Below the pieces are notes generated by a model that saw only the letters and a program-made list of their open reading frames with translations, searched no databases and was not told where the DNA came from. Of a stretch of DNA of 64,000 bases, positions 1 to 9,331 are shown in pieces. A program made the translations under genes and the position numbers. This DNA is from an uncultured delta proteobacterium (lineage in GTDB: Bacteria; Myxococcota_A; Polyangia; Polyangiales; JAFGIB01): assembly GCA_963778655.1 (NCBI GenBank), contig CAVZVA010000009.1, positions 384,001-448,000 of the forward strand, written 5' to 3'. The stretch's first letter is position 1, and each line of letters begins with the position of its first letter.

Positions 1-1
1 T

Positions 2-2263
2 CCCAAGCCCAACCGCATCGTCGCGCACATCCCGGGCATCGACAGCGGGACCAGTCAACCGACCTTCGCGGCCGGCGACTACACGGTGCGCGTGACCAGC
101 ACGCTCGGCTGCACGGGCGAGCTGCCCGGCGGGCTGAAGGTGACCGCCACCACCGACGGCTCGCTGGTGACGAAGATCGCCCCGAGCTTCGTCTCGCCGA
201 CCGAAGCCACCCCGGTCACGGTGACCGGCGCCGGTCTGCTGTCGGTGCCGCGGCTCTACCTCACCCCGCACGGCGGCACCGGTACGGCCACGGCGTTGCG
301 CGCGGTCACGCTGCAGAGCGCGACGCAGCTCAGCGCGCTGGTGCCGGGCGGCATCACTGCGGGCAACTACGACCTGATCGTGGTCAACCCCGACGGCAAG
401 GTGGGCGTGCTCGACAATGGTGTGACCGTCACCAGCGGCGAGCCGCCGTTCGTGGCCAGCGTCGTGCCCGCCTCGCTGGTGCCGAACGCCGCGACCACCG
501 TCACCGTCACGGGCACGGGCTTCAACGTCGACACCGTGGTGCTCGAGTGCAAGGCCAACGCGACCGCGACCACGGTGACCACGGTCAACGGCACGGTGGG
601 GGCGAGCCCCACCGCGACTCAGGTCAAGGCACAGTTCGACCCAGGCGCGGCCGGCGTGGGCGCTGGGAGCGTGTGCTTGCTCAAGCTGACCAACACGGAC
701 GGGGCGTTCTTCGAGTACTCGGCCGTCTCGACCACCACCAACTCGTTGAACCTCTCGGACTGGGTTGCCTCCGACGACGCCAACGCGCCGGTCAAGCCGA
801 CCCCGCTCAGCATGGGCCGGCGTGCGCTATCGCTGGTGGCCGGCCGTCCGACCGGGACCAGCCGTTTCCTGTACGCGATCGGCGGCGACAGCGGCACGAG
901 CGGCACGGGGAACGAAGCGGTCATCGGCAGCACCGTGTTCGACAACGTAGAGGCCGCCAACGTGGACGTCTACGGCAAGATGGGCAGCTGGTCGGTGCAG
1001 GACCGCACGCTGCTGCCCGCGCCACGCACCTGGGCGGGTGCGGCGACCATCGGTCGCTTCATCTACCTGGTCGGCGGCAACGACGGCAGCGGCGCGACCA
1101 ACACGCTGTATCGCGCGCAGATCCTCGATCCGCTCGCGACCTCCGAGGTGACCGACCTCGACGCCGTGCTGGGCGACGGCACCAACGGCCTGAGCGGCGG
1201 TCTGTACTACTACGGCGTGGCCGCGATCTTCCCCAGCAGCGATGCGAGTAATCCGGGCGGCGAGTCGCTGACCGGCGAGCTGCTGCCGGTGCAGCTTCCG
1301 GACCGCTCCGAGAAGATCCAGCTCACCCTGACCTGGCAAGCGGTCGCCGGCGCGCACGGCTACCGCATCTACCGCTCGCCCACCCCGGACGCGGCGGTGA
1401 GCTCGCTGCAGCTGCTGGCCGAGAAGACCTGCGGCGCGAGCGCGACCGACACCTGCGACTGCGGGACCACGCCGGACCAATGCCGCTTGACCGACGACGG
1501 CACGCTCACGCCGAGCGGCAACGGCCCGCTTCCTGCTGGATCGCTCGGCACCTGGCACGCGGTGGACGGGGCGCGCTGCAGCAGCAGCGACTGCCTGCTC
1601 ACCACCAAGCGCGAGGCGCTGGCCACGGTGGCGGTACGCAATCCGGGCGACCCCAGCAAGTACTTCCTGTACGCGATCGGCGGGCGCGACGAGAGCGGCG
1701 CCTACCAGAGCAGCTACGAGGTGGCCGTGGTGAGCGTGGCCAGCAACGGCACGCAGACCGTGGCCGACTGGGCCACCGGCGGGACCGCGCTCTCCTCGGC
1801 GCGCGCCGAGCTCGGAGCGTGGGTAATGACGGCGGACAACTCCTCGATCATCCGCTCCGGCACGGCGACTGACGTCTGGTTCTACCTCGGAGGCGGCCGC
1901 ACCACCGGCGGCGGGATCGTCACCACCGTGGAGGCGGGGCAGCTCCAATCCAACGGCGACATCGGAACCACACCGCTCACCTCCGTGACCTCGCTCAAGT
2001 CGAACGGCGCCACGGGCTTTGGCGCCGGAACCTCGAACGACCACCTGTACGTGTTCGGCGGCGACGCGACCTCCAGCAAGGGCATGTCGGCGGACCCGAC
2101 CAGCTCGCTGCCGGCTCTGCCCGGCAATGCCTGGAACTCGCTCGGCAGCGCGCAGACCTCGCGCATCTACATGGGCACCACGCAGGAGAGCGCGTTCTAC
2201 TTCATGGCTGGCGGCTGGTTCAACGGTGCGACCCTGAGCACCACCGAGCAGACGGTGCAGTAG
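2..2263 (+). CDS. Large secreted/surface protein, 5'-truncated by the window: IPT/TIG Ig-like domains followed by a kelch beta-propeller with an FN3-like insert
   Basis: Frame is open from base 2 (PKPNRIVAHIPG...). IPT-like repeats (VTVTGAGL, VTVTGTGF, GNYDLIVVNPDG), kelch motifs (FLYAIGG, IYLVGG, LYVFGG) and FN3-like LTWQAVAGAHGYRIYRS. Confidence 0.75.
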   Translation, partial: PKPNRIVAHIPGIDSGTSQPTFAAGDYTVRVTSTLGCTGELPGGLKVTATTDGSLVTKIAPSFVSPTEATPVTVTGAGLLSVPRLYLTPHGGTGTATALRAVTLQSATQLSALVPGGITAGNYDLIVVNPDGKVGVLDNGVTVTSGEPPFVASVVPASLVPNAATTVTVTGTGFNVDTVVLECKANATATTVTTVNGTVGASPTATQVKAQFDPGAAGVGAGSVCLLKLTNTDGAFFEYSAVSTTTNSLNLSDWVASDDANAPVKPTPLSMGRRALSLVAGRPTGTSRFLYAIGGDSGTSGTGNEAVIGSTVFDNVEAANVDVYGKMGSWSVQDRTLLPAPRTWAGAATIGRFIYLVGGNDGSGATNTLYRAQILDPLATSEVTDLDAVLGDGTNGLSGGLYYYGVAAIFPSSDASNPGGESLTGELLPVQLPDRSEKIQLTLTWQAVAGAHGYRIYRSPTPDAAVSSLQLLAEKTCGASATDTCDCGTTPDQCRLTDDGTLTPSGNGPLPAGSLGTWHAVDGARCSSSDCLLTTKREALATVAVRNPGDPSKYFLYAIGGRDESGAYQSSYEVAVVSVASNGTQTVADWATGGTALSSARAELGAWVMTADNSSIIRSGTATDVWFYLGGGRTTGGGIVTTVEAGQLQSNGDIGTTPLTSVTSLKSNGATGFGAGTSNDHLYVFGGDATSSKGMSADPTSSLPALPGNAWNSLGSAQTSRIYMGTTQESAFYFMAGGWFNGATLSTTEQTVQ

Positions 2264-2266
2264 GAG

Positions 2267-2986
2267 ATGAGGTTCATGCTCACGCAATCCCGAAACAAGT
2301 GCTTGGGTTGGGCCTCGCTGCTGGCGGCTGCGCTGCTGCTGAGCGCCGCGAGCGTCGCGCGCGCGCAGGAAGGTGAAGAGGGAATGGGCGACGGCGGCGC
2401 CGTGCTCAGCCCTGCAGCCGCGCGCCTGCACACCGGGCTGCTGCTGGGCGGCAAGGTCGGCGGCGGGTTGGGCAAGCCCTGGAGCGACTTCGGCGCCACG
2501 CCCGTGTTCGAGCTCGAGCTGGGCTATGCGCTGCCGCCGTTGCATCGCGCAATCGAGCTATTCCTCACCGGGCAGTACACCCAGCCTGGGCTCTCGGGCA
2601 CCACCGGCACCCGCGATCCGCGCCTGCCTGGCAACGGCCTCGTCGGCTACGACGTCACGCAGCAGGAGCTCACGCTGTCGCTGGGCGGTCTTTACCGCTT
2701 CGACGTGGGCAGCAAGCTGGTGATGCCCTATGCGGGTCTGGGCGCCCGGCTCTACCTGCTCAACACCCAGGTGAAAGGCTCGACCGCGGGTCAGCCTTAC
2801 GCGCGAAACGAGGAGGCCAAGAGCAGCGTCGGCTTGTTGCTGCTGGGCGGTGCCGAGCTCTATGTCGGCCCCGGCGCGCTGCTCGCCGAGTTGTCGTTCG
2901 GCTGGGCCTCGCTCGACGGCTTCGTGATGCGAGACACGAACCTCGGTGAGCTCAACCTCGCGGTCGGCTACCGCCTGATGCTCTGA
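2267..2986 (+). CDS. Outer-membrane beta-barrel protein (OmpA/OmpW-like, small barrel)
   Basis: Signal peptide ending ARA; amphipathic strands (PYAGLGARLY, LAVGYRLML); starts 3 nt after the upstream stop with AGGAG SD. Confidence 0.7.
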   Translation: MRFMLTQSRNKCLGWASLLAAALLLSAASVARAQEGEEGMGDGGAVLSPAAARLHTGLLLGGKVGGGLGKPWSDFGATPVFELELGYALPPLHRAIELFLTGQYTQPGLSGTTGTRDPRLPGNGLVGYDVTQQELTLSLGGLYRFDVGSKLVMPYAGLGARLYLLNTQVKGSTAGQPYARNEEAKSSVGLLLLGGAELYVGPGALLAELSFGWASLDGFVMRDTNLGELNLAVGYRLML

Positions 2987-3049
2987 GCGCAAGGCGCAGC
3001 GTGCTGCCGACTTCGATCGACGACCACGGCCCCTCGCAACGGAAGCGGC

Positions 3050-4075
3050 TCATTCGGGCGCGGCTGCGACCGGGCGCGAGTCGCCCGGAAGGCGCAGCTC
3101 GATGCCCTCCATGCGGTGGAGCTTGCGCAGCGCCTTGAGCGTCTCGACCTCCCGCAGGGGAGAGGCCAGCACCAGGCTCGCCACGTCCGAGCGCTCGTGG
3201 AGCAGCTCGACGACCGTCCGCTCGGTAGGCGTCAGGCGGGCTTGCAGCGCGGGCAGCCGGCGGCGGCGGCGCACCCGTGCCCGCGCCGGCACCGCGGCGT
3301 AGAGCTCGACCACGTGCTGGGATTGCACCACGCGCAGCAGCTCGCGGATGCGCTTGGATCCCGGCTCGGTCGACAGCAACGCCGCCAGCACGTGGGTCGC
3401 CTCGTCGAATTGCTTCTCGCGCAACAGCAGCAGAGTGTTGCGTATGAGTCGCTCGGTGAGGTCGACGCCTTGTGGCGTCCCGTCCACCCCCACGCAGCCC
3501 AGCCTGCGCAGCGTCTCGACGTTGCGCAGCAGCGCTGGCTGCGAAAGTCCCAGGCAAAGGCGCGCCTCGTTGAGCGTCGTGCTCTGCTCGGCGAGCACGA
3601 GCAGCGCCTGCTGGGGACTGCTCAGACCGGCGGGCGCGGGGCCCTCGATGCGAGTCATGGCGGCCAGCCCGCTCGGGTAGAGCGCGCGCAGCTGGTTCCA
3701 CTCGTCGAGGTACTGCATCCCGGTCATGACGAGCTCCTGGATCGCCACGTCGAGCGCGATTCCGGGCGCGGGCGGCTCGTTCCCGGGCTCGAAACGAAAC
3801 CGGTCGTTGGAGTCGAGAAACTGGTCGCACAGCATCTCGAACGCGAGCGCTTGCGGATCGAGCACGAGCCGCCCGGGCTCGACCCGCGTCGCGAGACGGG
3901 CCGGGATCACCCCGCGCGCTTCTGGGTGAGCACACGCGCTCAGCTGGCGGTCCGCCACGCGCAGCCAAATAGGGCCCGAGGGTCGTTCGATGGTGAGGAC
4001 CCCACTGCCGCGTGTGCCGTCGACCCACTGCAACACGTCCGCGAGCCCCATCGTGCTCAAGTCACTCGACAGCAT
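3050..4075 (-). CDS. DUF4388 (PATAN-like) domain protein with TPR-like helix and C-terminal winged-helix-like region
   Basis: N-terminus LSSDLSTMGLADVLQWVDGTRGSGVLTI and ...LVMTGMQYLDEW are typical of DUF4388; start taken at ATG 4075. Confidence 0.75.
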   Translation of the reverse strand: MLSSDLSTMGLADVLQWVDGTRGSGVLTIERPSGPIWLRVADRQLSACAHPEARGVIPARLATRVEPGRLVLDPQALAFEMLCDQFLDSNDRFRFEPGNEPPAPGIALDVAIQELVMTGMQYLDEWNQLRALYPSGLAAMTRIEGPAPAGLSSPQQALLVLAEQSTTLNEARLCLGLSQPALLRNVETLRRLGCVGVDGTPQGVDLTERLIRNTLLLLREKQFDEATHVLAALLSTEPGSKRIRELLRVVQSQHVVELYAAVPARARVRRRRRLPALQARLTPTERTVVELLHERSDVASLVLASPLREVETLKALRKLHRMEGIELRLPGDSRPVAAAPE

Positions 4076-4219
4076 CTGCGACGATTGTCGCCGCGGCTGC
4101 GCTCCGCGCGCAAGGTCGCCTGACGGTCGCCAAGTATGCGCCAAGACCTTACGTCGCCGCACTCGCGCAGCGGCAAGGACCCTGCTGCCGGGGTGGCTCT
4201 TGCTGATAGCATCGAGATT

Positions 4220-5323
4220 GTGTCGCTGCTCAATCCGCTGGCCCGCGAGATCTCGGCGAAGATCGTCTACTACGGGCCGGGTCTGTCAGGTAAGACCACC
4301 TCACTGCATGCGATCTACGCCGCGGTCAGACCCGAACGACGCGGCGAGCTGATTTCACTGGCGACCGAAACCGATCGCACCATCTTCTTCGACTTCCTGC
4401 CGCTGCACGTCGAGCGCGTCCACGGTCTGGGCGTACGCTTCCAGCTCTACACCGTCCCGGGTCAGGTGTTCTACGGCGCGACGCGCAGGCTCGTATTGGC
4501 CGGCGCCGACGGAGTCGTGTTCGTGGCCGACAGTCAAACGCAATGCAGGGACGCCAATCTCGAGTCGTTCGACAGCTTGCGCGAGAACATCGAAGAGCTG
4601 GGCTTCGACCTCGAGGATTTTCCGCTGGTCTTCCAGTACAACAAGCGCGACCTGCCCGATGTCCTGCCGATCCGCGAGCTGTCGTCGTCGCTCAATTTCA
4701 TCGGTGCACCGGAGTTCCCCAGCTGCGCTACCAGCGGCGAGGGCGTGCTCTCCGTGCTGCGAGAGATCTCCAAGCTCACGATCAAGGCGCTCAGCGAGCA
4801 GCAACCGGCCGTTCGCCGGCAGATCGTCGAGGGTGACGATCGCGACCGCTCGGAGCCGGACGGCGGGATCGTGCAGACCGTCTACGCCGCCAGCCGCTCG
4901 CTCGCGGGCGCCGTGGCCACGCCCGCGGATGCGCCGCCGCCGCCGGAGCCCGCGCTCGGAGGGCCCGTGGTCCAGCACCGCGCTTCGGCGCAGCCACCGG
5001 GCGGCGGCTTGACCTTTGCCCGACTGTGGCCCGAGGGATCCGCGGCCGCGGTGCAGGACATCGAGCGCAAGATCGCCGCGGGGGACTACGGAAATGCGCT
5101 GCGCGCGATCGCAGAGCAACTCGCCGAGTTGATCGACAGCCTGCCCGGGTTGCGCAGCGGCGCGGACCCGGGCACGAAGGCCGCGCTGCTGGGGCTGGAC
5201 GGGCGCGCGTACCTGCGGGTGTGTCGTCTGGCCACGCTGCCCGGGGAGGCCCTGAGCGAGGCTGACGCCTTGCTCGCGCTGCACGTGCTGGTAGACGCTC
5301 GCTTCAAGGCCGCGAGCATTTGA
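4220..5323 (+). CDS. MglA-family small Ras-like GTPase with about 170-aa C-terminal extension
   Basis: REISAKIVYYGPGLSGKTT, ETDRTIFFDFLP, LYTVPGQVFY, ADGVVFVADSQ, QYNKRDL; GTG 4220 aligns with the MglA N-terminus. Confidence 0.9.
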   Translation: MSLLNPLAREISAKIVYYGPGLSGKTTSLHAIYAAVRPERRGELISLATETDRTIFFDFLPLHVERVHGLGVRFQLYTVPGQVFYGATRRLVLAGADGVVFVADSQTQCRDANLESFDSLRENIEELGFDLEDFPLVFQYNKRDLPDVLPIRELSSSLNFIGAPEFPSCATSGEGVLSVLREISKLTIKALSEQQPAVRRQIVEGDDRDRSEPDGGIVQTVYAASRSLAGAVATPADAPPPPEPALGGPVVQHRASAQPPGGGLTFARLWPEGSAAAVQDIERKIAAGDYGNALRAIAEQLAELIDSLPGLRSGADPGTKAALLGLDGRAYLRVCRLATLPGEALSEADALLALHVLVDARFKAASI

Positions 5324-5390
5324 CGCGCGACGCTGCGCCGCGCACGCGCGCTACCTGCAGTCACCGCGCTCCCACGTTGAAGGTGGGTGC

Positions 5391-5426
5391 GGCGGAGTCC
5401 GCCCGGCGAACCAGGCGGACTCCGCC
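5391..5426 (-). terminator. GC-rich stem-loop with UUCG tetraloop on the minus strand
   Basis: Minus strand ggcggagtccgcc-tgg-TTCG-ccg-ggcggactccgcc; the single mismatch is a G-U wobble only on the minus strand; no U-tract. Confidence 0.55.
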
Positions 5427-5435
5427 GGGGTGGTG

Positions 5436-5570
5436 TCAGTGGAGGTAGTCGCCTGAAGCTCTGGCGAGCTTCCTGCGATGAGGGAAAATCCTGTGGCCGG
5501 CGTCCGAGCAAAGCACGCGCGCGACGTCGTCGCTGCTCATCATCGCTGTCTGGATTCGCGTGCGGGACAT
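5436..5570 (-). CDS. Putative 44-aa small protein (MSRTRIQTAMMSSDDVARVLCSDAGHRIFPHRRKLARASGDYLH)
   Basis: Hand translation; GAGAG upstream of ATG; hairpin begins 10 nt after the stop; below ORF-track cutoff. Confidence 0.4.
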   Translation of the reverse strand: MSRTRIQTAMMSSDDVARVLCSDAGHRIFPHRRKLARASGDYLH

Positions 5571-5863
5571 GGTGTGTTGCTCTCGTGCTCGTCGCTTCAA
5601 CCGCTGCTGATTGTGCGCTCATCACAGACACGAGCAAGTTAAATCGACTCGAAAAAACAAGCAATTTATGCGCACTATCCGGACACCGAACGCTACGCAA
5701 AGGCTCGCGCAGGAATCACACAGCGCGGTAGTGATATGGCCCACACGGTATGTGAACAGCGACAGTGCTACTGCGCATCGCGAGCGTTGATCGCGAGCGA
5801 GCGCTCATCCATGATCGAACGGAAAGCCCAGGACATCGGAGGGGCTCGCTTCTGGCCCAGAGC

Positions 5864-6817
5864 ATGACGCTCACCACGGCCACAAATTCCCGCTGTTTCG
5901 CTTTCGCCTGCTCGTTATCCCTGGCGCTCGCGTTGCCGTGGCTTGCGGGTTGCAGCCTGAGCGCGGTCGCAGCCGACACCACTGCGAGCTTTCTGGCTGA
6001 CGCCGCACCCGCCGCGCGCGCGTATTTCGACTACGAGACCGCCGGCTACGCCGCGGCCAACGGCTTGGTCCAGCTGGAAGGCTTGCATCGCGTCAGTCCC
6101 GGCAACCGCCGACTCACGCTCACGCTCGCCCAGGCCTACGTGGCCTACGCGTTTGGCTGGGTGATGGACCGCTACGACGCGGCGCAGCTCGCCGCGCGCT
6201 ACGAGGAAGCCGACCGGCAGAAGCAGCGCGCCTTTCTCATGTACGAGCGCGCGCACCAGCTGGTCGTAAGCCTGATGCGCGAGCGCGATCCGGACGTCGA
6301 CCGCGTGCTCACCGGCGACCCCGACAAGCTCGCGGCCTACCTGCGCGCGCATTACAACGACAAGGACCGCGACACCGAGCTGATCTTCTGGTGCGCGCTA
6401 TCCTGGGGCTCGGCCATCAGCAACGCGCCCTCGATCGACGCGCTGGTCGATCTGCCCGCGGTCAAGGTGCTCGCGCTGCACAGCGTGCACCTCGACGAGG
6501 GCTACGAGGACGCCGGCGCGCTGACGCTGCTGGGCGGCTTCGAGGCGTCGTATCCGCAGCAGCTGGGAGGCAACTGGGCCAAGGGCAAGGCCTACTTCGA
6601 GCGTGCGCTCAAACTGTCCCACCGCCGCAACCACGTGCATCTGGTCAACTACGCGCGCACCTATGCGGTCAACGCCCAGGACAGGAAGCTATTCCTGTCG
6701 CTGCTGCACGAGGTGATCGAGGCCGGCGACCAGGGCGACGACGTCCGGCTCAGCAACAAGGTCGCCCGCCGCAGGGCCGAGCGCTACCTGGCTCACGTCG
6801 ACGATTTATTCGAATGA
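5864..6817 (+). CDS. TRAP transporter TatT-component family lipoprotein (TPR-like)
   Basis: Lipobox LAGC; LEGLHRVSPGN, YVAYAFGWV, LGGNWAKGKAYFERAL, YAVNAQDRKLFLSLLHEV, NKVARRRA. Confidence 0.75.
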   Translation: MTLTTATNSRCFAFACSLSLALALPWLAGCSLSAVAADTTASFLADAAPAARAYFDYETAGYAAANGLVQLEGLHRVSPGNRRLTLTLAQAYVAYAFGWVMDRYDAAQLAARYEEADRQKQRAFLMYERAHQLVVSLMRERDPDVDRVLTGDPDKLAAYLRAHYNDKDRDTELIFWCALSWGSAISNAPSIDALVDLPAVKVLALHSVHLDEGYEDAGALTLLGGFEASYPQQLGGNWAKGKAYFERALKLSHRRNHVHLVNYARTYAVNAQDRKLFLSLLHEVIEAGDQGDDVRLSNKVARRRAERYLAHVDDLFE

Positions 6818-6850
6818 TGGGGTGCCGGGCGCAACGGCGGCGCGCAGCGA

Positions 6851-7573
6851 TCACTGACCGAGCTGGCGCAGGCGCTCGGCCGCGACCGCGCTGATCGCCG
6901 CCTGCAGGTTGTACGATGGCACGAAGCCGGCCATCGGCACCGCGATCACCGAGTCGCAGCACGACAGCAGCGACGGGCCGAGACCGTCGCGCTCTCCTCC
7001 GACCACCAGCAGCAGCGGCCCGGTCAGGTCGACCTGCCAGGGTCTCCGATCGCCCGTATCCTCCAGCGCGACCACGCGCCGGCCGGCGGTGCGCGCCAGC
7101 TCCAGCGTGCGCTCGGTGCTCTCCCAGAGCAGTGGCAGCACGCGGTCGGCGCCCATGCTGACATGGCCCACGCGGGCGCGCTGGGCGTGGTTGAAACCCG
7201 CGTCCACCACCACCCCGTCCGCGCCCGAGACCTCCGCGGTGCGCAGCGCGAATCCCACGTTGCTGGCGTACGCGACCCGATGCAGCAGCCATACCGCGCC
7301 GCCGCGCCCGAGCAGCCCGGGCAGGTCAGTGCGCGGCTCGGGCCCGAGCAGGGCCAGCGCGCGCTCGGGCCGCGGACCGCGGCTCATGCGTCGCAGGTCG
7401 CCGGCTCCGCCCCGCCATAGCGGCACCCCACGCGCCTGCGCGCGCTCGACCAGCGCACCCAACTCTGCCGAACGGTCGTCGCGCTCGACCAGCAGCAGGC
7501 GCACCGGCTCGCCGGCGGCGAGCGCTGCCTCGATCGCGTCGATCCCGGCGATCTGCCTGCGCGGCGGCGGCAC
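6851..7573 (-). CDS. TrmH/SpoU family RNA methyltransferase
   Basis: [39 protein letters not shown]. Confidence 0.9.
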   Translation of the reverse strand: MPPPRRQIAGIDAIEAALAAGEPVRLLLVERDDRSAELGALVERAQARGVPLWRGGAGDLRRMSRGPRPERALALLGPEPRTDLPGLLGRGGAVWLLHRVAYASNVGFALRTAEVSGADGVVVDAGFNHAQRARVGHVSMGADRVLPLLWESTERTLELARTAGRRVVALEDTGDRRPWQVDLTGPLLLVVGGERDGLGPSLLSCCDSVIAVPMAGFVPSYNLQAAISAVAAERLRQLGQ

Positions 7574-7579
7574 CCTGGC

Positions 7580-7834
7580 TCAGCCCCCGCCGCGCGCGTG
7601 CCGGCGCTCGATCACCAGCTGCAGCACGTACAGCGCGCCCAGCGCGATCAGCGGGGAGAGATCGACCGAGCCCGTGAGCGGTCGCAGCGCGTGCCGCAGC
7701 GGGTCGTAGATCGGGTCGAGCAGCGGCTTGGTCACGCTGCGCGGAAATTGGCTCGGCTTGAGCGTCCAGCTGAACAGGGCGTCGGCCACGATCAGCAGGC
7801 GCAGCAGGTTGAGCACGTTGATCAGCAGCCGCAC
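7580..7834 (-). CDS. yggT: YggT family membrane protein
   Basis: ALFSW...LDPIYDPLR...[10 protein letters not shown]. Confidence 0.85.
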   Translation of the reverse strand: MRLLINVLNLLRLLIVADALFSWTLKPSQFPRSVTKPLLDPIYDPLRHALRPLTGSVDLSPLIALGALYVLQLVIERRHARGGG

Positions 7835-7899
7835 CAGCCCACGCTACCGCAGACCACGGATTCTGGGGTGGATCACGGGCTCGATCTAGAAAGAACGGA

Positions 7900-7911
7900 A
7901 ATATTAATATT
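7900..7911. promoter_or_regulatory. AT-only perfect palindrome AATATTAATATT in the divergent yggT/tatA intergenic region
   Basis: Seen directly; conspicuous in a very GC-rich background. Confidence 0.35.
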
Positions 7912-7987
7912 ATCGCCCCGTTTGCGGTGGGTGCGCGCCGGGAATGGGGCTACACTTGCGCCAGTCCTTCAGCAGGGAGAGTTCGCC

Positions 7988-8236
7988 GTGCGCCTGGGAA
8001 TGGGAGAGCTGCTCGTTGTCCTCGCGATCTTCATGCTGCTATTCGGCGCCAAGCGTCTACCCGACCTGGCCGACGGAATGGGCAAGGCGATCCGCAACTT
8101 CAAACGCGGCCTCAACAGCGATGACGAGGACGTGACTCCGCCGGCGCCTCCGAAGCAGGTCGCCGAAACCTCGAGCGCCCCGGCCAAGCTCGAAGGCAGC
8201 GCGTCCGAAGCGCAGCCGGCCGAGCCCAAGAGCTGA
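7988..8236 (+). CDS. tatA: Twin-arginine translocase TatA/TatE subunit
   Basis: [45 protein letters not shown] before GTG 7988. Confidence 0.95.
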   Translation: MRLGMGELLVVLAIFMLLFGAKRLPDLADGMGKAIRNFKRGLNSDDEDVTPPAPPKQVAETSSAPAKLEGSASEAQPAEPKS

Positions 8237-8256
8237 GCGCGCGGCGCGCGCGCTGC

Positions 8257-9075
8257 TCAGCGCGACGAGATCGCGCCCAGCTTGCCGATCTCGAGCTCGA
8301 TACTGCGCTGGCCACCGCTGGCGGTGACCCCGATTGTGTTGTCGTCGATGCGCGAGAACACCAGCGTCATGCTCTTGCCGGACGGCGTGTGCAGCACGAA
8401 GGAGCCGGATTGCGGCGCTGGATCGGTCCAGCGCATCTGTACGCGGTCGATGTCGAGGTCCCAGCGTCCGCCCTGGCCTTGCCACGAGCGCGAGCCGCTC
8501 ACCTCGAAGCCCTCCGCGATGCCGCCGGCGAGCGGCTTCTGCGTGCGGTCGCCGCTGCCGGTGCCGGTGCGGTTGTCCGAGAGCCGAGTCCAGGTGAGCT
8601 GATGGACCACGTGGCGGCTGGGATCGGCCGGCGTCCAGGTGACGGTCGCGGTCCCGCTGACCGAGAGCTTGCCGTCGCTGAGCGCGTCCCAGCTGTGCTT
8701 GACCACGACCGCATCCATGGCGTCCTTCTGCACCTCGATGGTGTGGGTGCCGCGGAGGGTGTGCCCGTGGAGCTCGCAGTTGCCCGGGAGCGCGCCGTAC
8801 TCGATCACGAGCGTCGCGCCCTCGAGCGTGACTTGCGCGCACGGCAGCTGCGACTGCACGTAATCGCGGACCTGCTGCGCCGCCTGGTCGGCGGCCTGCC
8901 CGATGGTGAAGTCGGTGGCGAGCTCGAAGCTCGCCGAGGTCAGGGCCGCGGCTTGCACGTCGACCGAGGATTCTTCGAGTGCCTGCTGGGCCTCGGCCGC
9001 GGTCAGGTTGTCCCGCGGACAGCCAGTCAAGAGACCGACCGCCAGCAACGCCGCGCATGCCGTAATCCGTGCCAT
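8257..9075 (-). CDS. Hypothetical beta-rich lipoprotein
   Basis: Lipobox LTGC; GGAGG SD; GC-rich third codon positions. Confidence 0.7.
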   Translation of the reverse strand: MARITACAALLAVGLLTGCPRDNLTAAEAQQALEESSVDVQAAALTSASFELATDFTIGQAADQAAQQVRDYVQSQLPCAQVTLEGATLVIEYGALPGNCELHGHTLRGTHTIEVQKDAMDAVVVKHSWDALSDGKLSVSGTATVTWTPADPSRHVVHQLTWTRLSDNRTGTGSGDRTQKPLAGGIAEGFEVSGSRSWQGQGGRWDLDIDRVQMRWTDPAPQSGSFVLHTPSGKSMTLVFSRIDDNTIGVTASGGQRSIELEIGKLGAISSR

Positions 9076-9331
9076 CGCCTACCTCCCTCCGCCGCCGCCT
9101 ATGATTGTAGGCCAGCGACGGGGGGCCTGGCTCACGCATCCCCGCCGCGCCGCCCGCCCACTCCAATTTTAGGTCGGATTGTGTCATGCTCCGCCATACA
9201 CGGGCCGCGACCGGAAACGGCTCGGGCCGCCACAGACCGACGCGCAAGCGCGGCAAGTCGGCGGAGCTCACGAGCAGCCGGCAGCATCGATCGGGCGCGG
9301 CAACAGCCGCAGCCCCCCGTCACGGAGAACC

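Noticed and set aside
5690..5745. c-di-GMP-I riboswitch suggested by ACGCAAAGGCTC
   Set aside because: The upstream GYAAA/GNRA P2 stem is not recognisable
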